Positions 38,891 to 47,603 of a stretch of DNA of 64,000 nt are shown one piece after another (the first letter of the stretch is position 1; each line of letters starts with the position of its first letter). The translations under genes were made by a program, and so were the position numbers. The DNA comes from an uncultured Bacteroidota bacterium (GTDB lineage: Bacteria > Bacteroidota > Ignavibacteria > UBA10030 > UBA6906): positions 192,001 through 256,000 of the forward strand of contig CAVOYH010000003.1 of the NCBI GenBank assembly GCA_963700635.1, read 5' to 3'. A model generated the notes under the pieces. That model was not told the origin of the DNA. It did no database searches and saw nothing but the letters and a program-made list of their open reading frames with translations.

Positions 38891-39640
38891 CTATCGAAAA
38901 CTCTCAAGGAGCGACCGGATCACCAGATGCCATCCATCAACCAGAATGAACAGGAGTATCTTGAACGGCAGCGAGATGAGCACGGGTGGCAGCATCATCA
39001 TTCCCATCGACAACAGGATGCTGGAAATCACCAGATCGATCACTAGAAACGGGATAAACAGGAGGAACCCGATCTGGAAACCAATACGCAGCTCACTGAT
39101 GGCATACGCCGGTATGAGGGCATGCATGGGGACGTCGTCGCGGGACTGGGGTTTGTCCACACTGGCCAGCCTCACAAAAAGCGCCAGGTCCTCCTCACGT
39201 GTCTGCTTGAGCATGAACTCGCGCAGGGGCACGACGCCCCGGTCATATGCCTGCTGCAAGGTAATCGTACTGCTCATGTAGGGTTGAAGAGCTTCCTCGT
39301 TCACGCGCGACCAGGTCGGGCCCATGACAAAGAACGTGAGAAACATCGCCAGACCGATTAGCACCTGGGCAGGTGGCACCTGCTGTGTGCCCATTGCCTG
39401 ACGCAGAAAATGAAGAACGACCACGATTCTTGTAAACGCTGTTGTCAGAATGAGGATCGCCGGAGCCAGGGACAGAATGGTCATCAGGAAGAGAATCTGC
39501 AGCGTCACGGACACATCTTCAGGCTTGGTTGCCTTTCCCAGTTCCACCGATACCTTCGGGAGGGGAATAACTTTGTCCTGGGCATCCACGGCTCCCGCCA
39601 CGACCACCAGCAGCAGCATCACCACGAGCAACCGTTTCAT
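38891..39640 (-). CDS. fliP: Flagellar export protein FliP
   Basis: [41 protein letters not shown]. Confidence 0.97.
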   Translation of the reverse strand: MKRLLVVMLLLVVVAGAVDAQDKVIPLPKVSVELGKATKPEDVSVTLQILFLMTILSLAPAILILTTAFTRIVVVLHFLRQAMGTQQVPPAQVLIGLAMFLTFFVMGPTWSRVNEEALQPYMSSTITLQQAYDRGVVPLREFMLKQTREEDLALFVRLASVDKPQSRDDVPMHALIPAYAISELRIGFQIGFLLFIPFLVIDLVISSILLSMGMMMLPPVLISLPFKILLFILVDGWHLVIRSLLESFR

Positions 39641-40020
39641 ACGTTCTTCTTCTCCAGCTTCCTGTTGACCATGGTATTCAGCGTGGTCTGAAGCTGGGCT
39701 GCGAATCCACCCATCTTCCCCTGATGAAGCGACGTCATTGAGGGCGTTTCGGGCACAGACAGATCTTCGTCTGCAAGTTCCGTCAGCATCTGCATCCCCT
39801 GTTCGCTGATGCCCACGACGAGGATTTTATCCGCGACCTTCAGCACTACAACCGACTTCTTAGGCTGGAGCGATTTTCTGCCGAGGACATGGATGGGGAC
39901 GGAGAGTCCCGCAGGGACTCCGCCGGGAAGCACAAAACGTTTCAGGACGTACACCAACCCGAACATGAGGGCCAGCACAGCCCCGAGCGAAAGCAGCATT
40001 TTCAGGAAGACCCATTCCAT
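39637..40020 (-). CDS. fliO: FliO
   Basis: N-terminal TM then beta-rich [20 protein letters not shown]; lies between fliN and fliP. Confidence 0.85.
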   Translation of the reverse strand: MEWVFLKMLLSLGAVLALMFGLVYVLKRFVLPGGVPAGLSVPIHVLGRKSLQPKKSVVVLKVADKILVVGISEQGMQMLTELADEDLSVPETPSMTSLHQGKMGGFAAQLQTTLNTMVNRKLEKKNV

Positions 40021-40023
40021 GGA

Positions 40024-40431
40024 TTACCGTCCGAGCCCCTTCACACGCTCCGAAGTTTCAACAAGATTGGTGATTCTGATGCCAAAGTGCTTTTCGATCA
40101 CGACCACCTCACCCTCGGCCATTTTTTTGCCGTTGATAAGCACATCAACTGGTTCGCTGGCAAGTTTTTCGAATTCCACTACCGACCCCCGTTGTAGATC
40201 GAGGATATCGCGGATCAGCATGTTGGTCCGACCCAGTTCAATGGCGACAGGAAGTGTCAGATCCATCAACAGGTCGAGTTTCCGGTCCCTATCGACTTCC
40301 TGGGTTGCCGTCGCTTCCACTGACTGAAACTGCGCGCTCCGCACTTCCAGGGCGGGCTCGCTTCCCGTGTCCAGCGCTTCTCCCGCCACGGGGGAGGGGT
40401 TTTCACTCTCTGCTGCCATTGACTCTTGCAT
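40024..40431 (-). CDS. fliN: C-ring protein FliN
   Basis: ELGRT, GEVVV...FGIRIT SpoA domain. Confidence 0.95.
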   Translation of the reverse strand: MQESMAAESENPSPVAGEALDTGSEPALEVRSAQFQSVEATATQEVDRDRKLDLLMDLTLPVAIELGRTNMLIRDILDLQRGSVVEFEKLASEPVDVLINGKKMAEGEVVVIEKHFGIRITNLVETSERVKGLGR

Positions 40432-40437
40432 ACCCGT

Positions 40438-41436
40438 CTATGCTCCTGATGACTGATCCCGTAGTACTTTTGAAACCTTGATAGCCATTTTGCCTTTGGA
40501 AATTCCCGGCCGGCCCAATGCCCTGGTTGTTCCTCCGATTTGCAGCTGCAGCTCGCCGGTGAGAGGGATGTTCGTGCGCAGGATATCACCCGGTTCGAGA
40601 TGGAGCAGCTCGCGCAATGTCAGTCCGGTCTCACCCAGGACCGCCACCGCTTCCACCTGCGTGGTTCCGATCTGCCGGAGAATCGGGGCACGCCATTCAT
40701 TGTTTCCCTTCACCGTGTTGATGCCGCTAAAATGCTGCACGTTCAGTTTTGCGAGAACATCTTCGAGGGCAAACGTCGGAAAACAGAGATTCATCATATA
40801 CTTCTGCGTGCCGATGATCACTTCAAACGAAACAACCATCACAATTTCACTCGCCGGCGCAATCTGGACAAAATCTCCCTCAATTTCGTAACGTTCGAGC
40901 TTGAACGTAAGCTCGACCACGGTCTTCCACGCACGCTGGATTTCCACCAGGGCGTGCTGGATAATACCCTTCACGATACTTTGTTCAATTTTGGTGATCG
41001 ACCGTGTATTCTTTTCCCCTTCTGCAATTCCGCCCATCAGGTGTTCCACCATCGCGAGCAGAAGTTGTGGGCTCACCTCAAGCACGGCAAGGGCGTCCGA
41101 TTCGACAATGCGGAATACATACAGGGAATTCGGGCTGGCGATCGAGAGAACATATTCCGAGTAGAACAGCTGATCGACTGAGGCGACGTTGATCATCACG
41201 TTGGTTTGCAGGCGGGAGGCGAGATAGGTGCCGAACGTCTCACCAAAACTCTCGTGCACAGCCTGAAATGTCCGGAGCTGGTTCTTGGAAAGGCGGTGCG
41301 GTAACCGGAAATCGAATGTGATCGGCTCCTTCCCGGCTGCCGGGTTTCCAGCCGGCGTTTCAACCGCATCAATCTGCCCGGTGGATATCCCGGATAACAA
41401 GCTGCCAATTTCCTGCTGTGAAAGGATTTCCGGCAC
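40438..41436 (-). CDS. fliM: C-ring protein FliM
   Basis: ILSQQEI N-terminus, FDFR.P, MGG, MNLCFP, C-terminal SpoA domain. Confidence 0.93.
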   Translation of the reverse strand: MPEILSQQEIGSLLSGISTGQIDAVETPAGNPAAGKEPITFDFRLPHRLSKNQLRTFQAVHESFGETFGTYLASRLQTNVMINVASVDQLFYSEYVLSIASPNSLYVFRIVESDALAVLEVSPQLLLAMVEHLMGGIAEGEKNTRSITKIEQSIVKGIIQHALVEIQRAWKTVVELTFKLERYEIEGDFVQIAPASEIVMVVSFEVIIGTQKYMMNLCFPTFALEDVLAKLNVQHFSGINTVKGNNEWRAPILRQIGTTQVEAVAVLGETGLTLRELLHLEPGDILRTNIPLTGELQLQIGGTTRALGRPGISKGKMAIKVSKVLRDQSSGA

Positions 41437-41446
41437 TGGGTGCTCG

Positions 41447-41998
41447 CTACTGAATGATGAATTTGCTGAAATAGACGTTTGTCAAGGTGCCGCTGCGAAG
41501 CAACTCGCCGGCCTTCCGTGCAATTTCCAGACGTAACTCGTCACGCTGTTCGACCATGGATAACGACACAAGATCTTTTGCAGTCAGAACAGTAGTCAAC
41601 ATATCGCGCACCTGAATATCTTTTGATTCAAGTTCTTTTTTGGCTTCCGGAGACGACACTTCAAATCCCACCGTGGTGAGGAGAAATCGTGTGCCGTTGG
41701 TACCTGCAGGATTGACGATGACATCTTTTACGACATAGATGCTCGCCTCCCCGGCTCCACTGCCGAGTCCTCCCGAAACCTCCGCACCGTGTCCCACTGT
41801 CCCTCCGGCACTCGTCTGTTCCGATGCCGAGACAGATGACGGAGCAAAGACTTTCGTGATCAGGAAATAGACCACAACCAGCTGGACAACAAAGACGGGA
41901 ATGCCGAAGAGGAGGAGCTTCTTCATCGGCATACCGCTTTTCTCAGCGGTTTCGGTCGGTGTTTCGGGCTGCGGCGCAGCTTCCGGTGTTTTAGCCAT
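41447..41998 (-). CDS. fliL: FliL
   Basis: N-terminal TM, IVNPAG, QVRD, VYFSKFIIQ. Confidence 0.92.
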   Translation of the reverse strand: MAKTPEAAPQPETPTETAEKSGMPMKKLLLFGIPVFVVQLVVVYFLITKVFAPSSVSASEQTSAGGTVGHGAEVSGGLGSGAGEASIYVVKDVIVNPAGTNGTRFLLTTVGFEVSSPEAKKELESKDIQVRDMLTTVLTAKDLVSLSMVEQRDELRLEIARKAGELLRSGTLTNVYFSKFIIQ

Positions 41999-42036
41999 GG
42001 AATCGCAAGGTAGTTGTGAGACTCATACCAGCATTG

Positions 42037-42149
42037 GTCAAAACACGTGCCACGGACCAGCCCTGCAAGAGGCCAAAACTAAATGAATTCTGGGGAGTAG
42101 GGAGGGAATATCGAGAGAAGTTGGAGGCTAATATTAGCCAGATGGTGGC
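42037..42149 (-). promoter_or_regulatory. Sigma54-type promoter plus palindromic upstream box for the fliL operon
   Basis: TGGCACG-TGTT-TTGAC (42052-42037) and GGCTAATATTAGCC (42126-42139). Confidence 0.65.
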
Positions 42150-42173
42150 AGAAAAAGACCGTACGTGCCAGAA

Positions 42174-42374
42174 TTATCCCCTTTTTCGAGGAGTTGTCAG
42201 GCAACTCCTTCTGTACGCGATTACAAGTTCAACGACTTTCTCCACGCTCTCCTGGACCATCAGTTTCTTCCCCGTGGAGGTCGTTATGAGCGTATCGGGC
42301 GTGCTCTCGACGAACTCGATCATCTCCGCGTTCACCACAATCTTGGCATTCTGAAGCTTTGTAAGTTCAATCAT
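42174..42374 (-). CDS. flbD: Flagellar protein FlbD/SwrD family
   Basis: MIELTKL...VNAEMIEFVESTPDTLIT...GKK..VQES; follows flgE. Confidence 0.88.
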   Translation of the reverse strand: MIELTKLQNAKIVVNAEMIEFVESTPDTLITTSTGKKLMVQESVEKVVELVIAYRRSCLTTPRKRG

Positions 42375-42398
42375 GACTTCCTCCTCGTTCTTCCGATG

Positions 42399-42442
42399 AA
42401 TCCCGGGATTGAGAGATCAACAATCCTCTCAATCCCGGAATT
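42399..42442. other. Strong stem-loop downstream of flgE (13-bp perfect stem, no U-tract on the coding strand)
   Basis: CCGGGATTGAGAG (42403-42415) pairs with CTCTCAATCCCGG (42426-42438). Confidence 0.75.
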
Positions 42443-42481
42443 GTCTATGTCTGGGACCGGGTGAGCATACACCCGTCACCG

Positions 42482-43759
42482 TTACCGTTTCAGATTCACA
42501 ACTTCCTGCAGAAACTCATCGCTTGTGCTGATGACCCTGGCACTTGCCTGGAATCCGCGCTGAGCTGTGATCATCTTGGTAAATTCATCGGCAAGGTCAA
42601 CATTTGATTGCTCAAGCGCCCCGGGCGATAACGCTGATGTTTCACCCGGTTCTACCACGGACGGCGTCCCGGAATTACCCGAAAGAGTGAACATGTTGTT
42701 CCCCAGTCGCATCAGCCCGCTGGAGTTGGTAAATTCCGCCAGCATCACCTGGGCGAGTGTCTGAACCGTCGCATTGCTGAATGTTCCCAGGATCTTTCCC
42801 GAGGAATCGAACTTTGCGTCGATCAACGTACCGGATGTATAACCGTCATAGTTCCGCGGCGTGATTGAGGAGCTACCCGAATTTTGTGTCACTCCTGCGA
42901 AAACGCCGGGTGTGCCAAACCGGAGGTCCAGCGTAAGGGGTTCGGCGCCACTGGTTGATGCAAAGGTAAGCGGGCTCCCGCTCGCCGATTGGAGTGACCC
43001 GTCCGTCGTGTTAAACACCAGCGTTCCGTTCCCCACAACGCTCGACGTTGTGGCGGGCGCAGGGTCGGGCACGGCAGCGGACCAATCCCATGTGTTATCT
43101 CCGGTTTTTGTAAATGTGAGCGTCATGGCAATCCGATTGCCAAGGGAATCATACACACTGGCTGAGGTTGAGGTGATTCCTCCGGTCGCCGGCGGTCCGG
43201 CGTTGTAAACGTCAGCCGATGAATCCAGATTGCCGGTGTATTCCACAAAGGTGGTCGCGCGCGGCGGTGATTTGATGTCTCTGTTGATGATGATATCAGC
43301 CAGTGTTGTTCCCGAAGGAATAACGCCGTTGGCATCAGCCATTTTCCCCTGCAACTTCGCCCCGGTCCCCGTCACGATACTACCATCAGCGTCCTGACCG
43401 AAACTGCCGGCTCTCGTGTACATCGTCTGTCCGCCCTGGTTTACGATAAAAAATCCTTGTCCGAAGATGGCCAGGTCACGTTCATTGTTGGTCTGCTCGA
43501 TATTCCCCTGCATAAACTGCGTATCCAGGGAATTTACCGACATGCCGAGTCCGACCTGCATCGGATTCGTTCCACCGGTTATGCTTGTGGGACGGCTGGC
43601 ACCACGCAGGGTCTGTGAATACAGTTCGCTGAAGGTTGCCCTTCCCGATTTGAACCCAACGGTGTTGACGTTTGCAATATTATTGCCAATGACATCCATC
43701 ATGGTTTGATGGTTCCGCAATGCGGACACGCCGGCGAAGAGTGATCTGAGAAATGCCAT
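42482..43759 (-). CDS. flgE: Flagellar hook protein FlgE
   Basis: GNNIANVNTVGFK, NPMQVGLG, YTRAGSF, YDSLG, LEQSNVDLADEFTKMITAQRGFQA. Confidence 0.97.
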   Translation of the reverse strand: MAFLRSLFAGVSALRNHQTMMDVIGNNIANVNTVGFKSGRATFSELYSQTLRGASRPTSITGGTNPMQVGLGMSVNSLDTQFMQGNIEQTNNERDLAIFGQGFFIVNQGGQTMYTRAGSFGQDADGSIVTGTGAKLQGKMADANGVIPSGTTLADIIINRDIKSPPRATTFVEYTGNLDSSADVYNAGPPATGGITSTSASVYDSLGNRIAMTLTFTKTGDNTWDWSAAVPDPAPATTSSVVGNGTLVFNTTDGSLQSASGSPLTFASTSGAEPLTLDLRFGTPGVFAGVTQNSGSSSITPRNYDGYTSGTLIDAKFDSSGKILGTFSNATVQTLAQVMLAEFTNSSGLMRLGNNMFTLSGNSGTPSVVEPGETSALSPGALEQSNVDLADEFTKMITAQRGFQASARVISTSDEFLQEVVNLKR

Positions 43760-43900
43760 GATACGAACCCTCCTGTATCTCGAATGTGAATGATGTTCAT
43801 TGAAGACCGGGTTTCAGTCGTTCCACCCGATCGGAGGGGCCTCCTCACACTGGAGAGGGCCAGCCCCGGTACAACGGTTTCCGGATAGTCGATCCGGGTA
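43760..43900 (-). ncRNA. Candidate structured cis-regulatory RNA in the flgE leader
   Basis: Four consecutive stems on the - strand: CCGGAT/ATCCGG; GGGGCT..CCTC/GAGG..GGCCCC; GATCGGGT-GGAACGACTGAA-ACCCGGTC; GATAC-AGGAGGGTTC-GTATC around the RBS. Confidence 0.5.
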
Positions 43901-43903
43901 TGA

Positions 43904-44290
43904 CTACGCGATAACGGCACTATCGATGTTGGTGAAGACGTTCTCCTTTAGATGTTCACTGTCCATAGCAGTGACCACTGTGCGGTTACGTACGCTTACG
44001 ATAAACGCCATGTCACGTAACAACACAAGTGAGTCTTTTGCTCCTTTTTCTTCCGCACGGTTGACTGCATGCTGAAGGTTTGTCATGTCAGCCTCGTTGA
44101 GCTGCATATTCCGTGCTTCGAGCCGTTCCCGTGCGTGACGGGAAAATGTCAGGCCGCGAAGCTCTTCCTGCAGTACGTTTTCGAAGGCTGACTCTTTTGC
44201 GCCTCCGGGCTGCGTCCGCTCTTTGAGTCCGTCAACCCCGTGTACGGGCAGAAACGGAATCCTTACGCCATTAACATAGGTATCAGCCAT
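43904..44290 (-). CDS. Flagellar operon protein (TIGR02530 family)
   Basis: FSRHARERLEAR, KGAKDSLVLL..AFIVSV.NRTVVTAMD..ENVFTNIDSAVI; lies between flgD and flgE. Confidence 0.85.
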   Translation of the reverse strand: MADTYVNGVRIPFLPVHGVDGLKERTQPGGAKESAFENVLQEELRGLTFSRHARERLEARNMQLNEADMTNLQHAVNRAEEKGAKDSLVLLRDMAFIVSVRNRTVVTAMDSEHLKENVFTNIDSAVIA

Positions 44291-44972
44291 TGGCGCCACC
44301 ATGGAGGATTTCGATAATCCTTCCGAGCGGAATCTCCGCTCCATCCACTACAAACACGGTGCCCGTGCTCGTAAAACGTACGCCGTTCACCGTGCCGAAG
44401 AGGAATGTGGATGTCGTTACTGCCGCACCGGATGTATCCCCCGCTTCCACCTTGATGGTATAGGAACCCGCCGCCACCGTATTGCCATGGTCGTCTTTCC
44501 CGTCCCACGACAGCATGGTGTCGCCCTTTCCTGTTCCCGTCTCGGCGATCGTACGAACAAGCGAACCGCTCGCATCATAGATCTTTACGGATGCCGTTGC
44601 TGCGGACGCACCGAGCGTGTATCCGAACCGCACATCGTTGTCACCGGTCCATTGTACGGCATCACCCGACGCTTTGACGTCTTTGCCGATCAGCGTTGAA
44701 GCGAGCGCATTCCCGATGGACTGTGCCATGAGTTGATTCGTCGTGACGCTCGCCGAAAGCGTTTCATTCATGTTTGCTAACTGCTCAACGGAGCTGAATT
44801 GGGCCAGCTGTGCCGCAAACTCTGTTCCATCGAGCGGATTCATCGGGTCCTGATACCGCAACTGCGTGATCAGGAGCTTCAGGAAATCGTCCTTCCCGAG
44901 AATGCTGGACGACGTCACCCCCGTTGCAGCGGTTGATGTGCCCAGCAGTGCTTGATTGATTGTCGTTCCCAT
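44283..44972 (-). CDS. flgD: Hook cap protein FlgD
   Basis: LGKDDFLKLLITQLRYQDPMNP, QLAQFSSVEQL, WDGKD. Confidence 0.96.
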   Translation of the reverse strand: MGTTINQALLGTSTAATGVTSSSILGKDDFLKLLITQLRYQDPMNPLDGTEFAAQLAQFSSVEQLANMNETLSASVTTNQLMAQSIGNALASTLIGKDVKASGDAVQWTGDNDVRFGYTLGASAATASVKIYDASGSLVRTIAETGTGKGDTMLSWDGKDDHGNTVAAGSYTIKVEAGDTSGAAVTTSTFLFGTVNGVRFTSTGTVFVVDGAEIPLGRIIEILHGGANG

Positions 44973-44986
44973 GTTAGTCTCCTTTC

Positions 44987-46618
44987 CTACATCACCATTT
45001 CTATGGTGTTGTAACCCAGCAGGCGTCCTGTGAGGTACTGTTCGATACCCTCGGCCCCTGCGTCCCGCCGGAATCCGTGACGTGACTGGCGGTCGGCATT
45101 ACCGCCGGATTCGTTCGCCGGCCGCTCGCCGCCGGTTGACACGTCGAGCCGTTGCACGTCAATGCCGCGCTGACTCAGTGACAACCGCAACTGCGGCAGG
45201 TTATTCTCCAATACAGCCTTCACTCCCGCCTGCGTCACATCAATCTGGGCCTGCATCCTTCCGTTTTCCATCCGCACATGCAGTACGACTTCACCGAGAG
45301 ATTCAGGTTCGAGCTTGACGCGGAACTCGGAACTTTGCCCGTTCACCTGCAATGAGAACCCCTTCATCACCTGGTTCATCACGCTCTGCGCAGTATCCGG
45401 TGGAAGGGGGGAATGAATTGTCGGGATCCTGCCCTGGACTTCCGCCACGCGTGAAAACTCTCCCTTCGGGGTCAACGCTTCCGGAGGTGCGGAAAGGAAA
45501 GAATTACGGTGTCCCGTGTTATCTCCCGGAGCTCCTTCCTGTGAAGAGGGGTTGCCCACGGGAACCGGTTTGATGGTCTGACCGCCGCCTTCCCTCGAAA
45601 CAGCTGGCTGCCCTTCTTCCAGCCGAACCTCGGCCGGAACCTGAATTGGCTTGCCGGCGGCAGTGGCTTTTGCACCTGCGCCACCTTCAGCGGACTGTAC
45701 GTCTGCGTATGGTGTCGCGTGGCGCAGAAGTCGGACCATTCGGTGCACCGGATCATCACCCGGATCCTCCTCCACTGCTGCCGGTGCAGTTTCCTGCACT
45801 CTTGACGGCGGCACATCCCCCTCCTTGAGGGAGACCGGGATGGTTGGAGAGGCCGATTGATTCACCGCTGCAACGGTGGAGCGCCCCGGGGTCTTTCCAT
45901 CTGGCGCAGGGATGGGTGTCTTTCCATCTGCCACAGGGATGGGTATTTTCCCATCTGGCGTCAGCTTGGATAGCTCACCATCATTTCCTCCCTCCTGAGC
46001 GAGCCCCGATGTCAGGCCGGCCCGCAAGACAGCAGGTGTTACGGAATCCGGGAGCGACACTGGCGCAGTCACGGACTTTTCAGAACCGACACGGAGGTGT
46101 TCCACACCCTGTCGTCCTTCGCTGCCTGATGGGAGGCTGTGGCCCGGGACGGGCACCTCAACGTCCAGCCCGGAGGCCAGTGGCGGCACCTGAAGAGGAG
46201 CTGGCGCCGGGGAGGCATTTTCCGCCGGCGGACCGCCGGCCGGGTTGAGACCGGGTGGTTGTTCCACCCCGGAACCGACGGATACAACGGGCTGGGCGGT
46301 TCCACCGGACGCCGGGTTGCGGGGTTGCTCCATCGAGACAGCCATGTCAGGGAGAACTCCAGATACTCCCATCGATACACGTGTCCCGAAAAGAACCGCT
46401 TCACCGGGTTCGTCGGAATCGCCTCCGGCAATCGGGGCATGGGCCATCGAAGGGATCTGCACAGCGCCGCCAAGCAGCATCTGTTGCAGAAGCTCCAGAA
46501 AGGCCTCACCGCCGACCGCCGTTTCGTCAGTGCCGGGTGGCCTGCCACCAGCTCCCAGAACGTCCACCTGCTCCCCCACGGGAAGCAGAAGTACGGGGAA
46601 ACTGTTCATAACAATCAC
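44987..46618 (-). CDS. fliK: Hook-length control protein FliK
   Basis: Long Pro/Ala/Gly-rich N-terminus; C-terminal KLEPESLGEV...LENNLPQLR..L..RGI. Confidence 0.88.
   Translation of the reverse strand: MIVMNSFPVLLLPVGEQVDVLGAGGRPPGTDETAVGGEAFLELLQQMLLGGAVQIPSMAHAPIAGGDSDEPGEAVLFGTRVSMGVSGVLPDMAVSMEQPRNPASGGTAQPVVSVGSGVEQPPGLNPAGGPPAENASPAPAPLQVPPLASGLDVEVPVPGHSLPSGSEGRQGVEHLRVGSEKSVTAPVSLPDSVTPAVLRAGLTSGLAQEGGNDGELSKLTPDGKIPIPVADGKTPIPAPDGKTPGRSTVAAVNQSASPTIPVSLKEGDVPPSRVQETAPAAVEEDPGDDPVHRMVRLLRHATPYADVQSAEGGAGAKATAAGKPIQVPAEVRLEEGQPAVSREGGGQTIKPVPVGNPSSQEGAPGDNTGHRNSFLSAPPEALTPKGEFSRVAEVQGRIPTIHSPLPPDTAQSVMNQVMKGFSLQVNGQSSEFRVKLEPESLGEVVLHVRMENGRMQAQIDVTQAGVKAVLENNLPQLRLSLSQRGIDVQRLDVSTGGERPANESGGNADRQSRHGFRRDAGAEGIEQYLTGRLLGYNTIEMVM
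45888..45960. repeat. In-frame 27-bp tandem repeat (about 2.7 copies) inside fliK
   Basis: GGGGTCTTTCCATCTGGCGCAGGGATG / GGTGTCTTTCCATCTGCCACAGGGATG / GGTATTTTCCCATCTGGCG, encoding PDGKIPIPV-ADGKTPIPA-PDGKTP. Confidence 0.85.
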
Positions 46619-47157
46619 CTCATGATGCGGGCGGCTCGATCCGGATCGAGCGCAGCGAGGATCTTCGCCGCCTGCCTTCTTTTAATTGTTAGAATGATCT
46701 GTTTGACATCACCGTCCGGGAAATCGTTGAGAATCCGCGCTGCGCTCGTCGGATCCATCGCTTCCAGGACCTTTGCCATGGACTTCCGTTGCTCCGCCTG
46801 AACACTGTCCGCGGCAGCGACTGCTTTCAGGGTACTGTCCATGGTATTGCGGAGTGGTTCCGCCGGGAGGGCGGAATTTTTTTGTTCCGGTACAAGAGCC
46901 ACTGTTTTCGCCTCTGCCGTATGAACGACACCCTGCGGCTTCTGAATCACGGTGTCCGCCGGAGCGGCAACCGAGTCACGAGATACCGGTGTTCCCATCG
47001 CGGGTGCCTTCCGGGATGCAGTGAGGAGCGAGTCAGGGGGAGGAGCCGGGGCGACGGGAAGCAGTTCGGGTTTTGCCAGCAGCAAAACAGCCACGATCAC
47101 CGCTGCCGCTCCTGATGCGAGCAGGAAGACAACCAGATACGGAAGCATCTTCTTCAT
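46615..47157 (-). CDS. MotE/FlbB/YlxF-like protein (N-terminal TM, MgtE-N-like C-terminus)
   Basis: AKVLEAMDPTSAARIL...RQAAKILAALDPDRAARI; lies between fliJ and fliK. Confidence 0.8.
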   Translation of the reverse strand: MKKMLPYLVVFLLASGAAAVIVAVLLLAKPELLPVAPAPPPDSLLTASRKAPAMGTPVSRDSVAAPADTVIQKPQGVVHTAEAKTVALVPEQKNSALPAEPLRNTMDSTLKAVAAADSVQAEQRKSMAKVLEAMDPTSAARILNDFPDGDVKQIILTIKRRQAAKILAALDPDRAARIMR

Positions 47158-47161
47158 GTGA

Positions 47162-47596
47162 TCAGTACTCCGACTTTGTGCGCTGGGCGAGGACATCGAT
47201 GACCCGTTGAGATTTCCGTTCGTGCTCTTTTGCCTCTTCGTCCTTCCTGCGTTGATCGATCTTTACGATCATCTCTTTGGATTGTGATTTCTCCACGAGT
47301 TCGCCTCGTTTCCCCTCTTCCTGTGTCGTCGCTTGCGTCACCTTTTCTTCCTGGCGCTCGATCTGCCGCGAAAGACTCTGGAGGAACGCCTGGCTTGTCT
47401 GCAAATCGACAGCCCGGGTCTTCATTTTCCGCACAGCATCCGTCATTGCTGAACTCTGCTGCCCTTCCAGACTCGTCAGCGCGCCTTCTTCCCTTTCCCG
47501 GGCGACCCGGATCACGGCAAGCTCGCGTTGCGCCTTCTTTACCAGGTGTTCTTTGACCCGGATTACTGTTGACAGATTTGATTCTGACACGCGCAT
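47162..47596 (-). CDS. fliJ: Flagellar export protein FliJ
   Basis: 144-aa coiled-coil protein directly after fliI. Confidence 0.8.
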   Translation of the reverse strand: MRVSESNLSTVIRVKEHLVKKAQRELAVIRVAREREEGALTSLEGQQSSAMTDAVRKMKTRAVDLQTSQAFLQSLSRQIERQEEKVTQATTQEEGKRGELVEKSQSKEMIVKIDQRRKDEEAKEHERKSQRVIDVLAQRTKSEY

Positions 47597-47603
47597 ACGT
47601 TCC

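Noticed and set aside
12785-42000. Sigma28 promoters (TAAA-N15-GCCGATAA) before flgK, flgN or motA
   Set aside because: Intergenic gaps are only a few to about 25 bp and I saw no convincing match.
45888-45960. Repeat considered as a CRISPR array
   Set aside because: Units are contiguous, in frame and have no spacers; no cas genes are present.
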